In this document: positions 40,101 through 52,993 of the stretch, piece by piece
Layout: each line of letters opens with the position of its first letter
How positions within the stretch are numbered: the first letter of the stretch is position 1
Source of the DNA: Saccostrea echinata
Taxonomy: Eukaryota
Direction: 5' to 3'
Assembly (NCBI RefSeq): GCF_033153115.1
Contig: NW_026889750.1
Span: 27,404,001 to 27,468,000 of the forward strand
Length of the DNA: 64,000 bases
Notes under the pieces: model-generated
What the model was told of the DNA's origin: nothing
Seen by the model: only the letters and a program-made list of their open reading frames with translations
Database searches by the model: none
Made by a program: the position numbers and the translations under genes

Positions 40101-43100
40101 TTTTGGGACAAAGAGGTGTGATTTAATTGTTCCTCAGCATTTTTTTGAAGGACTTTTAAAAAGAAAACTTTAGAACCTGAACATAATGAATATGAATTAT
40201 TTAGAGGTTGTATTGTTAGAAAAGGTTAACAAGAAATGACATATATTTGTTGAGTAGTCTATACCTTGATGACAAAAGCTGAGGTCTGGACTTTTTCACA
40301 AATTACAAAAAAAAAGAGACAAAAAAAATTCAGTTCTCATTATAAATATATTATGAATATAAATAATGTCTTTTTAAACAAAGAAAATGCAAAGTTGTCA
40401 GATTCTTTAATATTTGCAAGATTTCTTTTGTCAGAAGGGCTACCAATCTTTTTGTATGAATTGAATAAATATTGAGAGACATTACCTTCCCTGATTTTCT
40501 ATTCACAGGGAATAGATTACTAGTTAAAATTAAGAATGAAATCAATATTAAAACATTTAATTTTTGCAGGCATCGCCGGGCGGAATGGAAGTGGGCATCA
40601 GACAGGGCAGCAGTGGCGTGTCGATGGACATGGTTACAAGCTCAAGTCTCGGATTTGGAATACCGAATACGTCAGCAAAGTGATATTCACAAACAAATTA
40701 GGCATAATAAAGGCAGCGTTGTTTTGGGTGAACCTCCCTCATTGGAAGAGCTAGGTGCACGCCTCAGGCAGGCTCGGGCAAATGGAAAACTATTATCTCC
40801 TATAGAAACCAAAATTGCTGATTTTGATGCAAAGAATGTATCAGGATCCCCCTGCAATATAGCTGCTGTTATGACCAATGTTAATCGTCAAGCAACAAAA
40901 TTAACACAATCATTAGGAAACTGTTTAACACCTATTCAGTCTAATTTACTGACAGAGAACAAATTAAAAGATGGACAATGTAACAGTTTAAATGGTGTTG
41001 TCAATTCCACACATCCATCCTCTACAACAGAAGAAAACTTGTCTTCAGTGTTGCCAGGTCCTTCAGGTGATGCTTCGTCTGTTGAGCAGTCCCCACCCTC
41101 AGCCCTTCTAGATGCTACCTGTCAGGCTGCAAGATGTCGGCCTGTACGTAGTTATAGGAAGAGGAAATTGTTAAGGACTTCTGGCCTGCATCAGGTCTCT
41201 CGTAAGGCCGCACGTCTATCAACAGTGAAGTGTCACTGTTCGCCGCCTTTCTCTTCATGTCCCATGTGTGGGGGACGGTACAATAATTCACAGACTGTGG
41301 ATGCCGATACCATGCCTGTTAATGAAAGAGTGTCCCTCCTTGATCCATCCTATCACCCAGTTTTGTCTTTCAATGAAGGTAACATTACAACTGGATTTCA
41401 GTCTTGCTTAAGCAGAGTAAGCTTGAGCAGACAAATGTTTCTTTTCAAACTAAGTTATTTTTGTAAATGTCTTCATTGTGTTGCTTTAGACAATGTCTGT
41501 CACATTTACTGAGCTATCGACTCAACCTTAATTAATTTTTGTTTAAGATCAATATGAACCTGTATTCCTTATGAATTCAAGACAACTGTTATTAATAACC
41601 TCTTTGCAAGTCAGTACAAGAACTATAATTGTGACATCTTAAGATCTGAATTAATTTAGAATTTAATATCTTGAAAGAGAAAATGTAGAGAGACATATAG
41701 ATTAGCAAGACATAAAGTATAGATTTAAGCAATATTCTTATAATGCTTTTTCACAGTGTTTTTTGTTGCCTTGTGAATTAGAGTGAAATAATTAAATAGA
41801 CTGAACTTAATGTAATAATCTTTAACTTGTTTTATTCTATCAGAAATTCCACTGACAATTCACTTTGAGGCTCTGCTGAAGAGTGGAGACTGGCAAAACA
41901 AACCACCACCGAAAGCTACAAAACTCCTGTCTACTGACAGAAAGTAAGTGGTTGGCTAGCTTAATAATAAGGATATTCAGTAAATACTTGTAGCTAGATT
42001 GGAGTGAGATCATGAAGAGGAAGGCAATGGAAAAAGTCTGAATAATGACGTCATTGTGTGTGTATGTATTGGTTGATAATGTTGCTATGTGTTGACTTTA
42101 CTTGTAGACGACAAAAGCTGTTGGTACCTTCTGTACGAGGAAAAGTTAGAAAACAAACAAAATATGCAAAGGGTGCAGCTACAGCATTACTGGCTTCAGC
42201 AAGTAAGTGTCTTTTTAAGGACATACGCAACATAGTTTGAACTTTATTGACTTTTTCCATGGAGTTGAAGAGTTCGCAGTGATTTTTTTTTGGGTCAAAA
42301 GGCCACCGATATTCGGCTGTTTCCCCTCACAAAAATAAGCCATTTTTTCCCAATTATTAGTATATTTTTCCCAATTTCAAACATACGAAAATTATGTTTT
42401 AATTTTGAACAAAAGTCACTAAATTTACTGACAGAGTAAATACGTTTTTATTCTTCAAATCCATGTATATGCAGCGGATTTTTTTAATGAATGTGTAAAA
42501 CAATGCAGATATCCATATAAGCAGATAAGTAGCTCATAATATTCTCAATGAATTGGTAACTAGTTCCCAGACACAAGTCATGTTGACATAATGATTTTGT
42601 TTTGACTGCCGTTATTACATAGAGGGTCAGGCTAATAACAGGAAATGGACAACACACAGGGTTTCACTAAAACCGGGAAAAAACAAACAGTAAAGACTGT
42701 AAACTTGATTATCAATATAAGACAGTTTACTAGATTATCAGTCTAAATGCTTGTTTATTTTTTTTTAATGAAATTTGACAAAGCAATTCCAAGAAAATAG
42801 AAGCTACAAGAGGAGACTAATATAAGCCATGTTCACATTCAATAAAATATTGATGTTAATTTTTTTAAAATGATTATTTTATGAATTTAAATCAAAATCA
42901 AAGTTAAAATCAAACAAAATATGTTGTTGTTACTTAGTTCGATTATTTTATGTATTTTTTAGCATTCTAATTTACTATCAATAATTTTTCCCAATTTGAG
43001 GAAAATGTCGCTAATTTTTCCCAATTCAAAAGGAGGGGGTGGTGGTTTAAAAAACAAAAAAAATCACTGGTTCGGATGCTTAAAGGAAGTGTATGCTACA

Positions 43101-46100
43101 TTTTAAAGGTGCTTGGACACAGATTTGAAGTTAATATTTTCTCAAATTTTCTGTATAATTTCATGACTTATATGTTGCTATAGCAATTCATACTAAAATA
43201 TAATAAAAATCTTATTTCATCTCATAGTTATTGAAACTTCAAATTTCTGAACGCGTTTGATTGACACATCCTTGCACTTTCACAAATTTTAATTTTATTT
43301 TTAATACTTAAGAAAAGTGGCAATTTTGTTGTGTATTAATGAAAAATATTAAAACTATAATCCAGAAAATTCAGAGTAGAAATGTTCAAAAGCAAAACCC
43401 ACTTACAGTATTGTCAGTCCGTGCTCAGTGGTGTGTGCAGACTTTAACAATTGAACACACCTGGTGAATCGTAAACATTAATAATAACAGAGCTCGTGCC
43501 CTGTTTACAAAAACAGTTTACGTTTCACAGGTGTATTCAATTTGTTAAACTCTGTACACAACACTGAGCACGGGCTGACGATATTAGTGAGGGGGTTTGC
43601 TTTCGCACATTTCTACTCTGAATTTTCTGGATTATAGATGTAATGTTTTTCATTAATACACAACAAAATCGCTTCTTTTCTTAAATGTTAAGGATAAAGA
43701 TAAAATTTGTGCAAGTGCAAGGATGTGTCAATCAAATGCGTCCAGGAATTCGTAGTTCCAATAATTTCCAGATAAAATAAGTTCTTAATTATATTTTCGT
43801 GTGAAATGCTATTTCAATATATAAGTCGTGATATCATACAGAAAATTTGAGAAAATATTAACTTCAAATCTGTGTCTAAGCACCTTTAATGTCTATATAT
43901 GCTGTTCTACACTTCTTTTAAAAGAAGTTTGGATAAACAAAACATTTAGAAATATGTTTAGTAATTTTTGTATATTTTTCTTTGAATTATACAAGAATTT
44001 TCATCAATTGATATCTTTTCAAAACTCCTGGTAATGCATGCTGATTTTTTGTCTATGAACGTCTGATGGCGCTATAATCTTAAAATTAAAAATATCTTGG
44101 AAAATTATCAGTAGGTAAGGTACGTTGTGTATGTCCTTAAATGGTTATAATGATAGACATTAGGCATACACAAGATTAGAAAATAGATTTTAAGGATATT
44201 TCAAATAAGCCCTAATAGAAATAAGAGTTGGAGTTGAGAGTTCGGGGCTTATATGCAATTATTTTACAAATGGAAAAATTGATTTATTTGTAGCTTAAAA
44301 CAAACATTTTTATGACTCCTTGTCAAAATGGTAAAACTCAAAACCAGACACTGAGACATCGGACATTCCGGTCTGGTGTAAAAAATGGTGAATTGGACCT
44401 GATGCACTATACATTTGGTCAGGTCCGTTGGTCCAATGCGATTTGGAAAGTCTGCTGTTGTAAATATTACAGCCTTTTAATTATAGTAATTTATTATGCT
44501 TAAATCCCAAAAATATAGAAAATTGGGCAATAAAATTATCAGTACTGATAATCAGTATCATAATCAGTGATGTTCCAACTGAAGGTCAATCATTATTTCC
44601 AGTTGATGTCTGATCATCATTTGTTTGAGTTTGATTGGAGAAAATTTGAAGGAAAAGAAGTCTTTATTTGTATGAACTTAATCTGAGAAAATTTATTTTC
44701 AGAGCTGCGGAATAAGTATGAGAGGAGGACTCCCACCAAAGGCAGACCAAGTCTGAAGTCAACCAGGAAAGTCTCGGATCTCAGAAAGAGAAGAATGACT
44801 GAGAGTCTTTCAATCGGTAATAGACTAATTTTAAAGATTGGTCAATACTTTTGTGTAGGTCAGTTAACAGTTTTAAATCAAGTCAATATGTTCTGTCTAG
44901 TTAACTCATCTGAGCTGAAGGCTCAAGTGAGCTTTTCTGATCAAAGAGCGTTCATTATGCTTCATTTGTCCGCGATGTGTCGTCTGTAAACTTTTCATCA
45001 CATTTTCTACTTCTCTTGAACCATGGGGCCAATTTCAACCAAACTTGCCACAAAGTATCCTTGGGTGAAAGGTATTAAAGTTTATTCAAATGAAGGGCCT
45101 TGCCCTCTTTCAAGGGGAGATAATTAAGAATTAGTGAAAATTTTATGGCATCTTTTCAAAATCTTCTTCTCAATAACCACTGGGCCAGAAAAGATGAAAC
45201 TAATGTGAAAGCTCTATTATATAGTGTAGCTATAAATTTGTTCAAATCATGAACCCCAGGATTTGGGCATGGCCACAATTGGTGATGTAAGCTTTACAAA
45301 GGAATATTAAAGAAAATCTTTAAAAATCTTCTTATCAAGAACAGCAAAGCCATGATTAATCATATTTATATGGAAACATCCTCAGGAAGTGTAGATTCAA
45401 ATTACTTCATGTCTTGACTCCTGGGGTAGGGCCGGGACACACTTTACATAGGAATTTATAGGTAAAAATCTGTAAAAATCTTTTAAAGCCATGATTAATC
45501 ATATAAAATTAATATAGAAGCATCTTCAGTTACTGTAGATTCAAGTTTGTTCAAATCATGACCCTCTCCCCTGTCCCTCCTGAGGTAGGATGGGACCACA
45601 CATACTTAAACTTTTCAATACTGAACTGATTTCTGCTTTTCTCTAACCAAAGTGCTCAGGTGAGCAGTGTGAAACATGGACCTCTTGTTTAGTGTACAGT
45701 ATTAGATCCTTTGTATAAATATGCTCTGTCTAGTTTAGTTAATTCATTTAACAGTGTTAAATCAAGTGGATAAGTTCTGTCATGCTCAGCTAACAGTATC
45801 TTGTGGATATGCTCTGTCTAGTTCAGTTAACAGTGTGGAATCTTGTGAAAATGCTGTACCTAGTTCAGTTAACAGTGTGGAATCTTGTGGATATGCTCTG
45901 TCTAGTTCAGTTAACATTGTGGAATCTTGTGAATATGCTCTATCTAGTTCAGTTAACAGTGTGGAATCTTGTGAATATGCTCTGTCTAGTTCAGTTTACA
46001 GTGTGGAATCTTGTGAATATGCTCTATCTAGTTCAGTTAACAGTGTGGAATCTTGTGAGTATGCTCTGTCAAGTTCAACATACAGTGTTGAACTTATGAA

Positions 46101-48397
46101 TATGCTCTGTCTAGTTCAGTTAACAGTGTAGAATCTTGTGGATATGTTCTGTCTAGTTCAGTTTACAATGTTGATTCTTAACTAGGGATGTCAACGAGTA
46201 ACCTGTACCTTAAATACTCATCAAAACGTCCAAGTATTGAATACTGAAACAGTGTTTTTAAGCCCAACAGAGTTTTGCAAGAAGAGTTTTATAGGAAATC
46301 TTGAGCTACTACACAATGATATACCATATTTATTATTTATACACAGCTCTTAAACAAGACAGTATGGATGATGGACAATTGTCTGGGCCTTCTGATTATG
46401 ATGATGAGGATGAATATGCAAACTGTGGTCGTGATACTCTCCTGTCCTCTAGCGGGGCTTCAACTGGCTTCAGGGAACTGAAGGATGCTACCATGCGGAA
46501 AAGACGCTTGGAGAGTGCATATGATATTGACAACATTGTAATACCTTATAGCATTGCCTCAGCAACACGAGTGGTCAAATTAGAATACAAGGAAATTGTT
46601 ACACCCAAGTATGTTGTTTTCTGCCTAATTGCTAATTCCTTACTAGGTAATACTGGCATTTAAATTGTTTGAAATATGGAAAGGAGATAGTGACATTGCA
46701 ATTACTTGTTTTTGTTACAAGATAAATTTAGCTTATATTCTATCAGTAGCACTGTTTTTATTGATAAATTTAGCTTATGTTCTATCTGATGTACATTGTC
46801 CAACTGTCGGATTTTAAAATTTGCAGTTAGCGTATTACTGATGTAAGATTAGGATTGATTGATTGTGTGTTGTTTTACATCCCATTTGAGAATTTTTCAC
46901 TCATATAGAGACATCACCATATACCGGTGAAGGGCTTCAAATTTTGACCTTTACTCGGCACTCAGGGCCATTGAGCAGTGAGGGAACTTTATCGTGCCAA
47001 CGCCTGCCGTGACACGGGGCCTCGGTTTTTAAGGTCTCATCCGAAGGACCCGCAACTTTCACTTCAAAGTGCCGAGCGCATGGCGAAGGAACAGTTGCTA
47101 CCTATTTTTAATCGACTTAGGTCTGTCGCGGCCGAGATTCGAACTCACGACCTCCCGATCATGGAGCGAGCGCTCTACCGACTGAGCTACTGTGAACGGT
47201 GTTTAAGGTTAGGATCCTGTGCATTAAGACAGGTAGTCTATCATACTAAATAAAGAGATTTTTTCAGGTGGAGAGATATTACAGAGAATTCTGAAGAAAC
47301 AGACAATACACCAGAAGATACAAACAAGGAGTTAACAGATGAGGTAGACCTGTTAAATTTTCATACTCAAGATATCAAAGATTGGTGATATTTTATTTTT
47401 GATCTGCCTATTACTCTTTCTTTCTTTTTTCACAACTGTACCAGAACTTCTTAAATTGCACAAGGTTGAGATGTCATATTTAATCATGGTGAAGGCTTTA
47501 TATTAAGCCAATCATGGATAGAAGTTAAAAAGATCAAAAACTGTCATTCTTGGTTCTACGTAAAAACTTCAGAAACACTTCTGCTGCTGCTGCTAAAGAC
47601 TTGGATAAAGTAGATGCTTTCTTTTTTATATTGCAATATGAAGTGATCTCTTAGCAAGGAAAACTCATTTATATTTTTTTGTTTTGTAGACTGAGAACAC
47701 ATCAGATGAATTCTTTGCTGCAATGCATGATAAATGTGAAATCCAAGAAAGGAAGCGTTTCCAGTCTTTCATAAAGTATCCCAGTCGTCGCAGTCGAGGA
47801 TCAAGAAATGATTCAGGACCATTGACTCCAGACACTGCATCTACTGATGTGTGTGTCCTCAATGAAGGCAATGACAGTGCCCAAAGAATTGATGATGATA
47901 CTCGTCGTAGAAGCCAAACACTGTCCTCAAGTGGAGGAAGCCACACAAACTTAGCTGCATCACTGAGGGAGGAAGTGTTCAGACGGAGGAGTAGTTCTGC
48001 ATCTTTAAGGAGGTCCAGTGTGAGTGTAGGCACGGATGATATAAGTATGGACATTGATGATGGAGAGTTGGTAGAACCCTGGCCTATCAGGTCTTTTCCA
48101 CTTTCGGAGGAAGAGTATGAAGAAATGAAGACCAGTGTCTCCCAACCTGAAGTAGAAACATGTACCTACTTTACCCGGAATAAAATCTCAAGCAACTCAA
48201 TTGTTGGACTCGATGAGGAGACCAGTGTTAGTGAAGGAACAACATTTGATGCAGTGGAGACACAGGTCAGTGTACCAGAATCTCCAAATAGCTCAGCTGG
48301 ATCACACACCAGTGAAGATCCAAATGATCCGGAGTGGACTGTAGCAAATAGTGATAAATTGGGGGAAAAAAATTTAGTTCGACTTGGTCGTAGGTGA
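37110..48397 (+). CDS. KANSL1: KAT8 regulatory NSL complex subunit 1 (NSL1), about 1125 aa, 8 coding exons
   Basis: Exons 37110-38323, 40570-41378, 41844-41943, 42108-42202, 44703-44816, 46347-46608, 47268-47343, 47690-48397 (3378 nt, in phase). Signatures [73 protein letters not shown]5-binding WIN-like [47 protein letters not shown] and PEHE region [23 protein letters not shown]. Confidence 0.95.
42277..43069. mobile_element. hAT5-like MITE (5-bp TSD) in a KANSL1 intron
   Basis: TIR CAGTGATTTTTTTT / AAAAAAAATCACTG; TSD GTTCG at 42272-42276 and 43070-43074; TTCCCAATT subterminal repeats. Confidence 0.8.
43107..43885. mobile_element. Kolobok-type foldback non-autonomous transposon
   Basis: TTAA on both sides, AGGTGCTT..AAGCACCT termini, ~370-bp inverted arms (43107-43476 / 43516-43885) around a ~40-bp spacer. 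Confidence 0.85.
44901..45690 (+). mobile_element. Complete HINE-type (Helentron non-autonomous) element with Cg170-like units
   Basis: 5' TTAACTCATCTGAGCTGAAGGCTCAAGTGAGCTTTTCTGATC, about 4 tandem ~165-bp units, 3' CTCAGGTGAGC..CATGGACCTCTTGTT. Confidence 0.8.
45715..46175. repeat. 42-bp minisatellite in a KANSL1 intron
   Basis: About 10 copies of GAATATGCTCTGTCTAGTTCAGTTAACAGTGTGGAATCTTGT; diverged units also at 44830-44900. Confidence 0.95.
46856..47203 (-). mobile_element. Full-length tRNA-derived SINE (Meta+Deu / MD-SINE-like)
   Basis: Minus strand: tRNA head GTAGCTCAGTCGGTAGAGC..GAGTTCGAATCTC, Meta-like block, Deu-like CTTCGGATGAGACC..AAACCGAGG..GGCACGATAAAG, (CAAT)n tail; TSD TAAG(A/G)TTAGGAT at 46844-46855 and 47204-47215. 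Confidence 0.85.
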
Positions 48398-49739
48398 TAA
48401 AAGTTAATTAATCAGAAAATGATCACGAAGATTAAACTGTTAGATATACATGTAGATGATAGATTGTTACATTTTCTTGTTTCTTTTGTCCTTTGATATT
48501 GTCCAGAGTTAAAGTGTGATATATGTTTGAATCACTTTTGATGGATAATTCAAGTTCAGTAGTGCTATAAAGGAAGACACCTTCGTTACGCATTGTCAAA
48601 GTGTGTTTTCTTTTTTTAAGATTTCTATTTGATTGTATGAAACAATTAAGGTTCACCAGTTCATTTAAAAAGTCACAGAATTTAACCCATCTTGCCTTAG
48701 AGTTGGATAAACAATTGGAACTATTATGTACCCATACTTAATATTTGTTGGTTGTGTGTATATATTGATACAAATTGTTTGGTTGAATATTTTATTAATT
48801 GTGCAAGATCTGTTTATTTTTCTTTTCTTAAGGACAGGGTTATCTTTTTGACAGGATAACAAATTTTTGCTGTATTGGGGTTTACTCAAAGGAAAAAGTT
48901 TCAAAAAAAAATCTCATTAATGGACGTGTCATTCATAACAACCACTTCTTCTTTGTTACTCCTGTTGTGTATATATATGAGTTATTTTGTAGCACACAGA
49001 TTTTTGTATTATAATCGTGTACAGATTCTTTTTTATTGAAGAATTAAATGAACAAGTTGGCCTCATAGTGCTATAATAAACGTTTTTATGACCAATCATT
49101 CAACAAAATATTGCAATGATCACTATCAATCATGTAAGCCTGTCATGAATTAGATAATTTACATTCCATAAAAATTGTCCCATTTTTCAGTGCAGATTTA
49201 TAAAAATCAAATACGTGTTTCGAAAGAATTTCCCAAATACCTATTCTCTATTTTTTAGAAGATTTTTTTAGGGCTATGTTTTATTCATCACTGCCTTTAT
49301 AAATAATCATGTTACAGAAGAGTTGTCCTTCTTGATCTTGTTAAATCATGAAAGACATCTACAAAATTTTGAAATTCTAAGAATGTGGTATTTCAACACA
49401 TTTTGTCAATTTTCTTTACCAGAAAATCTATTGTTTATGTGACAAATGTAATACTTGATCAATTATGCAGGAATTTTTTTATTCCAAGAGAATTAAATCT
49501 GTTGCATTTTCTTTAGTTATTTTCCATTTAGTTTTCAGTTCTAGTACTGTTATTTCTGGTGTACCAAAGTGATTGGATTTTTAGCTTAAGATCAAACTAC
49601 TTCATTGGTATGTATGATGGCTTCTTCATGAAAACAAAATAAAAACAGAGAAAATCGTCACAGTCTTAGAATCTTTTTTAGAATCTTTTTATCTGAAAAT
49701 AAAATAACATGCAGTTATACATGTAGTAGTATACATGCA

Positions 49740-49885
49740 AGGTCACGGATGTAGAAATCATGATTTTTGGCCTGCGAAGCCACACACTATCCTGTAGTGG
49801 AAAAAGCCACACAAACTTGACTTTATCACTAAGGGAGGTGAAAAATGTAACTGTTGCGTGAACTCGTTCCTGGCCCACTCTTTTG
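49740..49885 (+). pseudogene. Degraded partial duplicate of the KANSL1 last coding exon
   Basis: RSHTLSCSGKSHTNLTLSLREV (about 49775-49840) versus KANSL1 [22 protein letters not shown] (about 47909-47974); GAAGCCA.ACACT and AAGCCACACAAACTT shared at DNA level. Confidence 0.7.
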
Positions 49886-50631
49886 TTTGTTGAGTCACAT
49901 CTACCAGTAGATTTCGAATGTCAAACATTTATTAGCATGCTCCCATATGTGGTATAGTGTTCCCAAAGGTTGGAATTTTTCCGTGATATGTTTCTTCAAA
50001 ATATTTTAAAAATAAAATATTTATAGTTCCAGATCATTTTTTTTTTTTTTTATCAAATGACATTTATTTTTACTACTTTATGCAGTTTTCGTTTTCTTCG
50101 TATACATGTACTTCCGGTAAATTGCTTATGTTCAAATGGAGTTCTTTAAAAAAAACAACAACCCTATTTTAAACGTTTATTATGAAAGAATTTGCAAAAC
50201 TAGCGATACTTCTGAAACACTGAGTATTCCACTGTCTACAACTGATTCATGTGGGACAAAATATTGAAAAACGGAAAGGAATTCAGCAGAGGGAAAGAGC
50301 TGGTAGGGTTAGGAATGAAACCCTTTTTTCTACATTTATTATTGTTCTTACTCAGCAAATATCCAAGAATTCATTGTACCACACAATACAAAGACGGTGA
50401 AATATCGGGCGTTTCAGAAATTTCACCAGATTTTGCCCCCCCCCCCCCCAACCCCTCTGGTGGTTCTGAAGGTCCTGATTTGAAGAAATTTGATGTATAT
50501 TAGTTTGATAAATCATAGCTCTGTGCCTAAAAAAATGTATTTTTTGAAACTTCTTTGGAAAATATTTTAAAATATATACAGGTAATGCGATCCAGTTTGG
50601 ACCACTCGTACCAAAACTATTACCGAAAGTC

Positions 50632-50662
<31 letters not shown>

Positions 50663-51334
50663 GGAACTGCATAACGGTTTTAATTTCAGAATTTCAAACA
50701 GCGTAATCTTTGATGTGGAGTCTGTTTTCCGCTTGGCCCCTGGAACATTTACTATAGTAAACCGGTGTGAAAATCAAACGTTCGAAAAATTTGAATTGAT
50801 GCTTTCATATTGATGTGAAGGACATTGTTGCCCTGCTGTTTTGTCAGTGAAGGGGAGGACAAAAGATCTCCCCAATATATTTCTATATCACTCATCTATC
50901 ATGGCCTCACCCTATTGCTATAGAGTCATGATTAAATCAAATATGAGTGAATAATTGCATAATTTTAAATATAATTGTGGCCCTGCATTTCATGAAAAGA
51001 TGTATTTAAGTATTGTTCTTATAAAAAAAAATATTTCCCTCTTTTAGCTCACCCTATTCGATTTGAATGAACTTAATTACATAGAAAAGCCTGTATATAT
51101 AAATTCAGCTCTTTATGGACCTTCTGTTCTGTAGAAGATTTCTATAGATTTTGTGATATGTTTTCCATTCATTAAAAGGCCCATGATCCTTAATCCTCAC
51201 CCGAGTCACAGAAATGAAACCTTTAAATACTGAAGCTTTAAATCCATATGTATTGTGATACCGATTCATTCTGTATTCTTCAAAGATCGGTTTCTCTATA
51301 TATGTGTGTAAAATGTTTCATAGTCGGACGTCAG

Positions 51335-52000
51335 AAACGGCTTATAGGATCAGCAAAAGGAAGATCAAAGTATTTAAAGCAAAAATCATTGTACAACATA
51401 GCCAGAAAATTAAGCATCAAGACACGGAGAAAGTAACATCATTCCGATATTTAGGCAGTGAAGTAAACAGCACAGTAGGTTTCTACATCAAAATCAGAAT
51501 AGGAAAAGCCAGAACAGCACTTTATATGATGAGTGATATATGGAAAGCAAAGAGCGTTAGTCTGAGGACTGTAATTCAAACAATAAAACTATAGACCTAT
51601 TGCTCTATGGATCAGAAACCTCGAGTACAACCAAAGAGCGCATGAAACAACTATGTGTCTTCAACAACAGCTTCCTTAGGCAAATTTTGAACATCGGTAG
51701 GCCTGATAGAACAAACCAATTCCCATTAGAAATAGAAATACAAAAAAGGAGATGGCGATGGATTGACCGCACATTAAGAAAGCCGAGGATTTCCATTACT
51801 CGGCAGAAACTTCAGTGGAACCCACAGGGAAAACCAGGGGGAGGCCAAAGAACACATCGAGAAGGTGTGTTGTGTCAGAGATGGAGAGGGGAGGTTACAA
51901 GTAGTAACAGCTGAAAAAGGAAGACAGGAAGAGGTAGAAAGGTGATATCAGTTGCATATGCTCCTCACTGGAGTAAAAGGCATAAGCAAGCAAGCAAGCA
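51335..52000 (+). mobile_element. 5'-truncated RTE-clade LINE fragment
   Basis: [59 protein letters not shown]; (AAGC)n tail at 51984-52000. Confidence 0.85.
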
Positions 52001-52905
52001 CTGTGCATGGCCTCACCCTAGCCCCAGGTACAACATTTGAACAGAACAGAATCTACACTATATGGAAATGCATGCATTTATATTTTAACGTATAACTAAC
52101 TCTGAATCTGCTGTTCTTGTTCTTCTTCACTACAAAAAAGTTGATCCCCCATTATGTCCTCGTCCTAGCTCTAAAGACCAAAATTTGAAACAAAAGTGAA
52201 ATCTTCACTACTTGAACTACTTTCATATAAGTTCAGCACTTATGGCCTTGAAATCCTTGAGATTCTGAAAATTAAGGTCTATTTATGTGAACTTTTGACT
52301 CCCCCCCCCCCCCATTTTAGAACCACTCATGTCCCGGGGCTATGATTTGACAAAGCTGAAGCTACACCCAGTGGGGAATCTTATCTTTCCTGGCACAGTG
52401 GTATATATAAATAAGATTTTCATATGACCCAATTTTCACAATTTTTTAATTATCTACACTTGAAAAGGGACGTGACCCTTCATTTGAAAAATAACCTGAA
52501 ACCTCATCACTCAAGGATGCGTTGTGGCAAGTTTGGTTGAAGTTTGCGCAATGATACAGAAGTAGTTTAAATGTGAAAGTAAACAGACGAAGATTTAGGC
52601 GATAAAAGAACATTCTTTGGGCCAGGTTTCTATAGTACTTGTATCTTAACACATCAAATCTACCCTGAAAAAATTAAAATGTAGTTTGGCGACCTCAGCA
52701 ACACTAGCAACATACGAAGTCCATACGCTATGAAAACCATAGGGGATCGGTTTATAATTAGGATGGTGTATTTTGTATATTCTTCGATTTTCCATGTCTG
52801 TCTATTTAAAATTGATTAAATGAAAATCAACAATATGTCTTTTTGATTAAAATAAAAAATCGACAATCGCTGAATTAAGGATATATATATATATGGCGAC
52901 CTCAG

Positions 52906-52907
<2 letters not shown>

Positions 52908-52992
<85 letters not shown>
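52908..52992. repeat. (TA)n microsatellite
   Basis: About 42 TA units. Confidence 0.98.

Positions 52993-52993
<1 letters not shown>

Noticed and set aside
45754-46131. Repetitive protein ORFs of 125 and 98 aa
   Set aside because: By-product of a 42-bp intronic minisatellite; the KANSL1 exons on either side splice in phase without it.
47125-47200. tRNA gene (also 54195-54275 and 3905-3995)
   Set aside because: No clean acceptor stem; in the 47-kb and 54-kb cases the sequence continues into a SINE body with tail and TSD.
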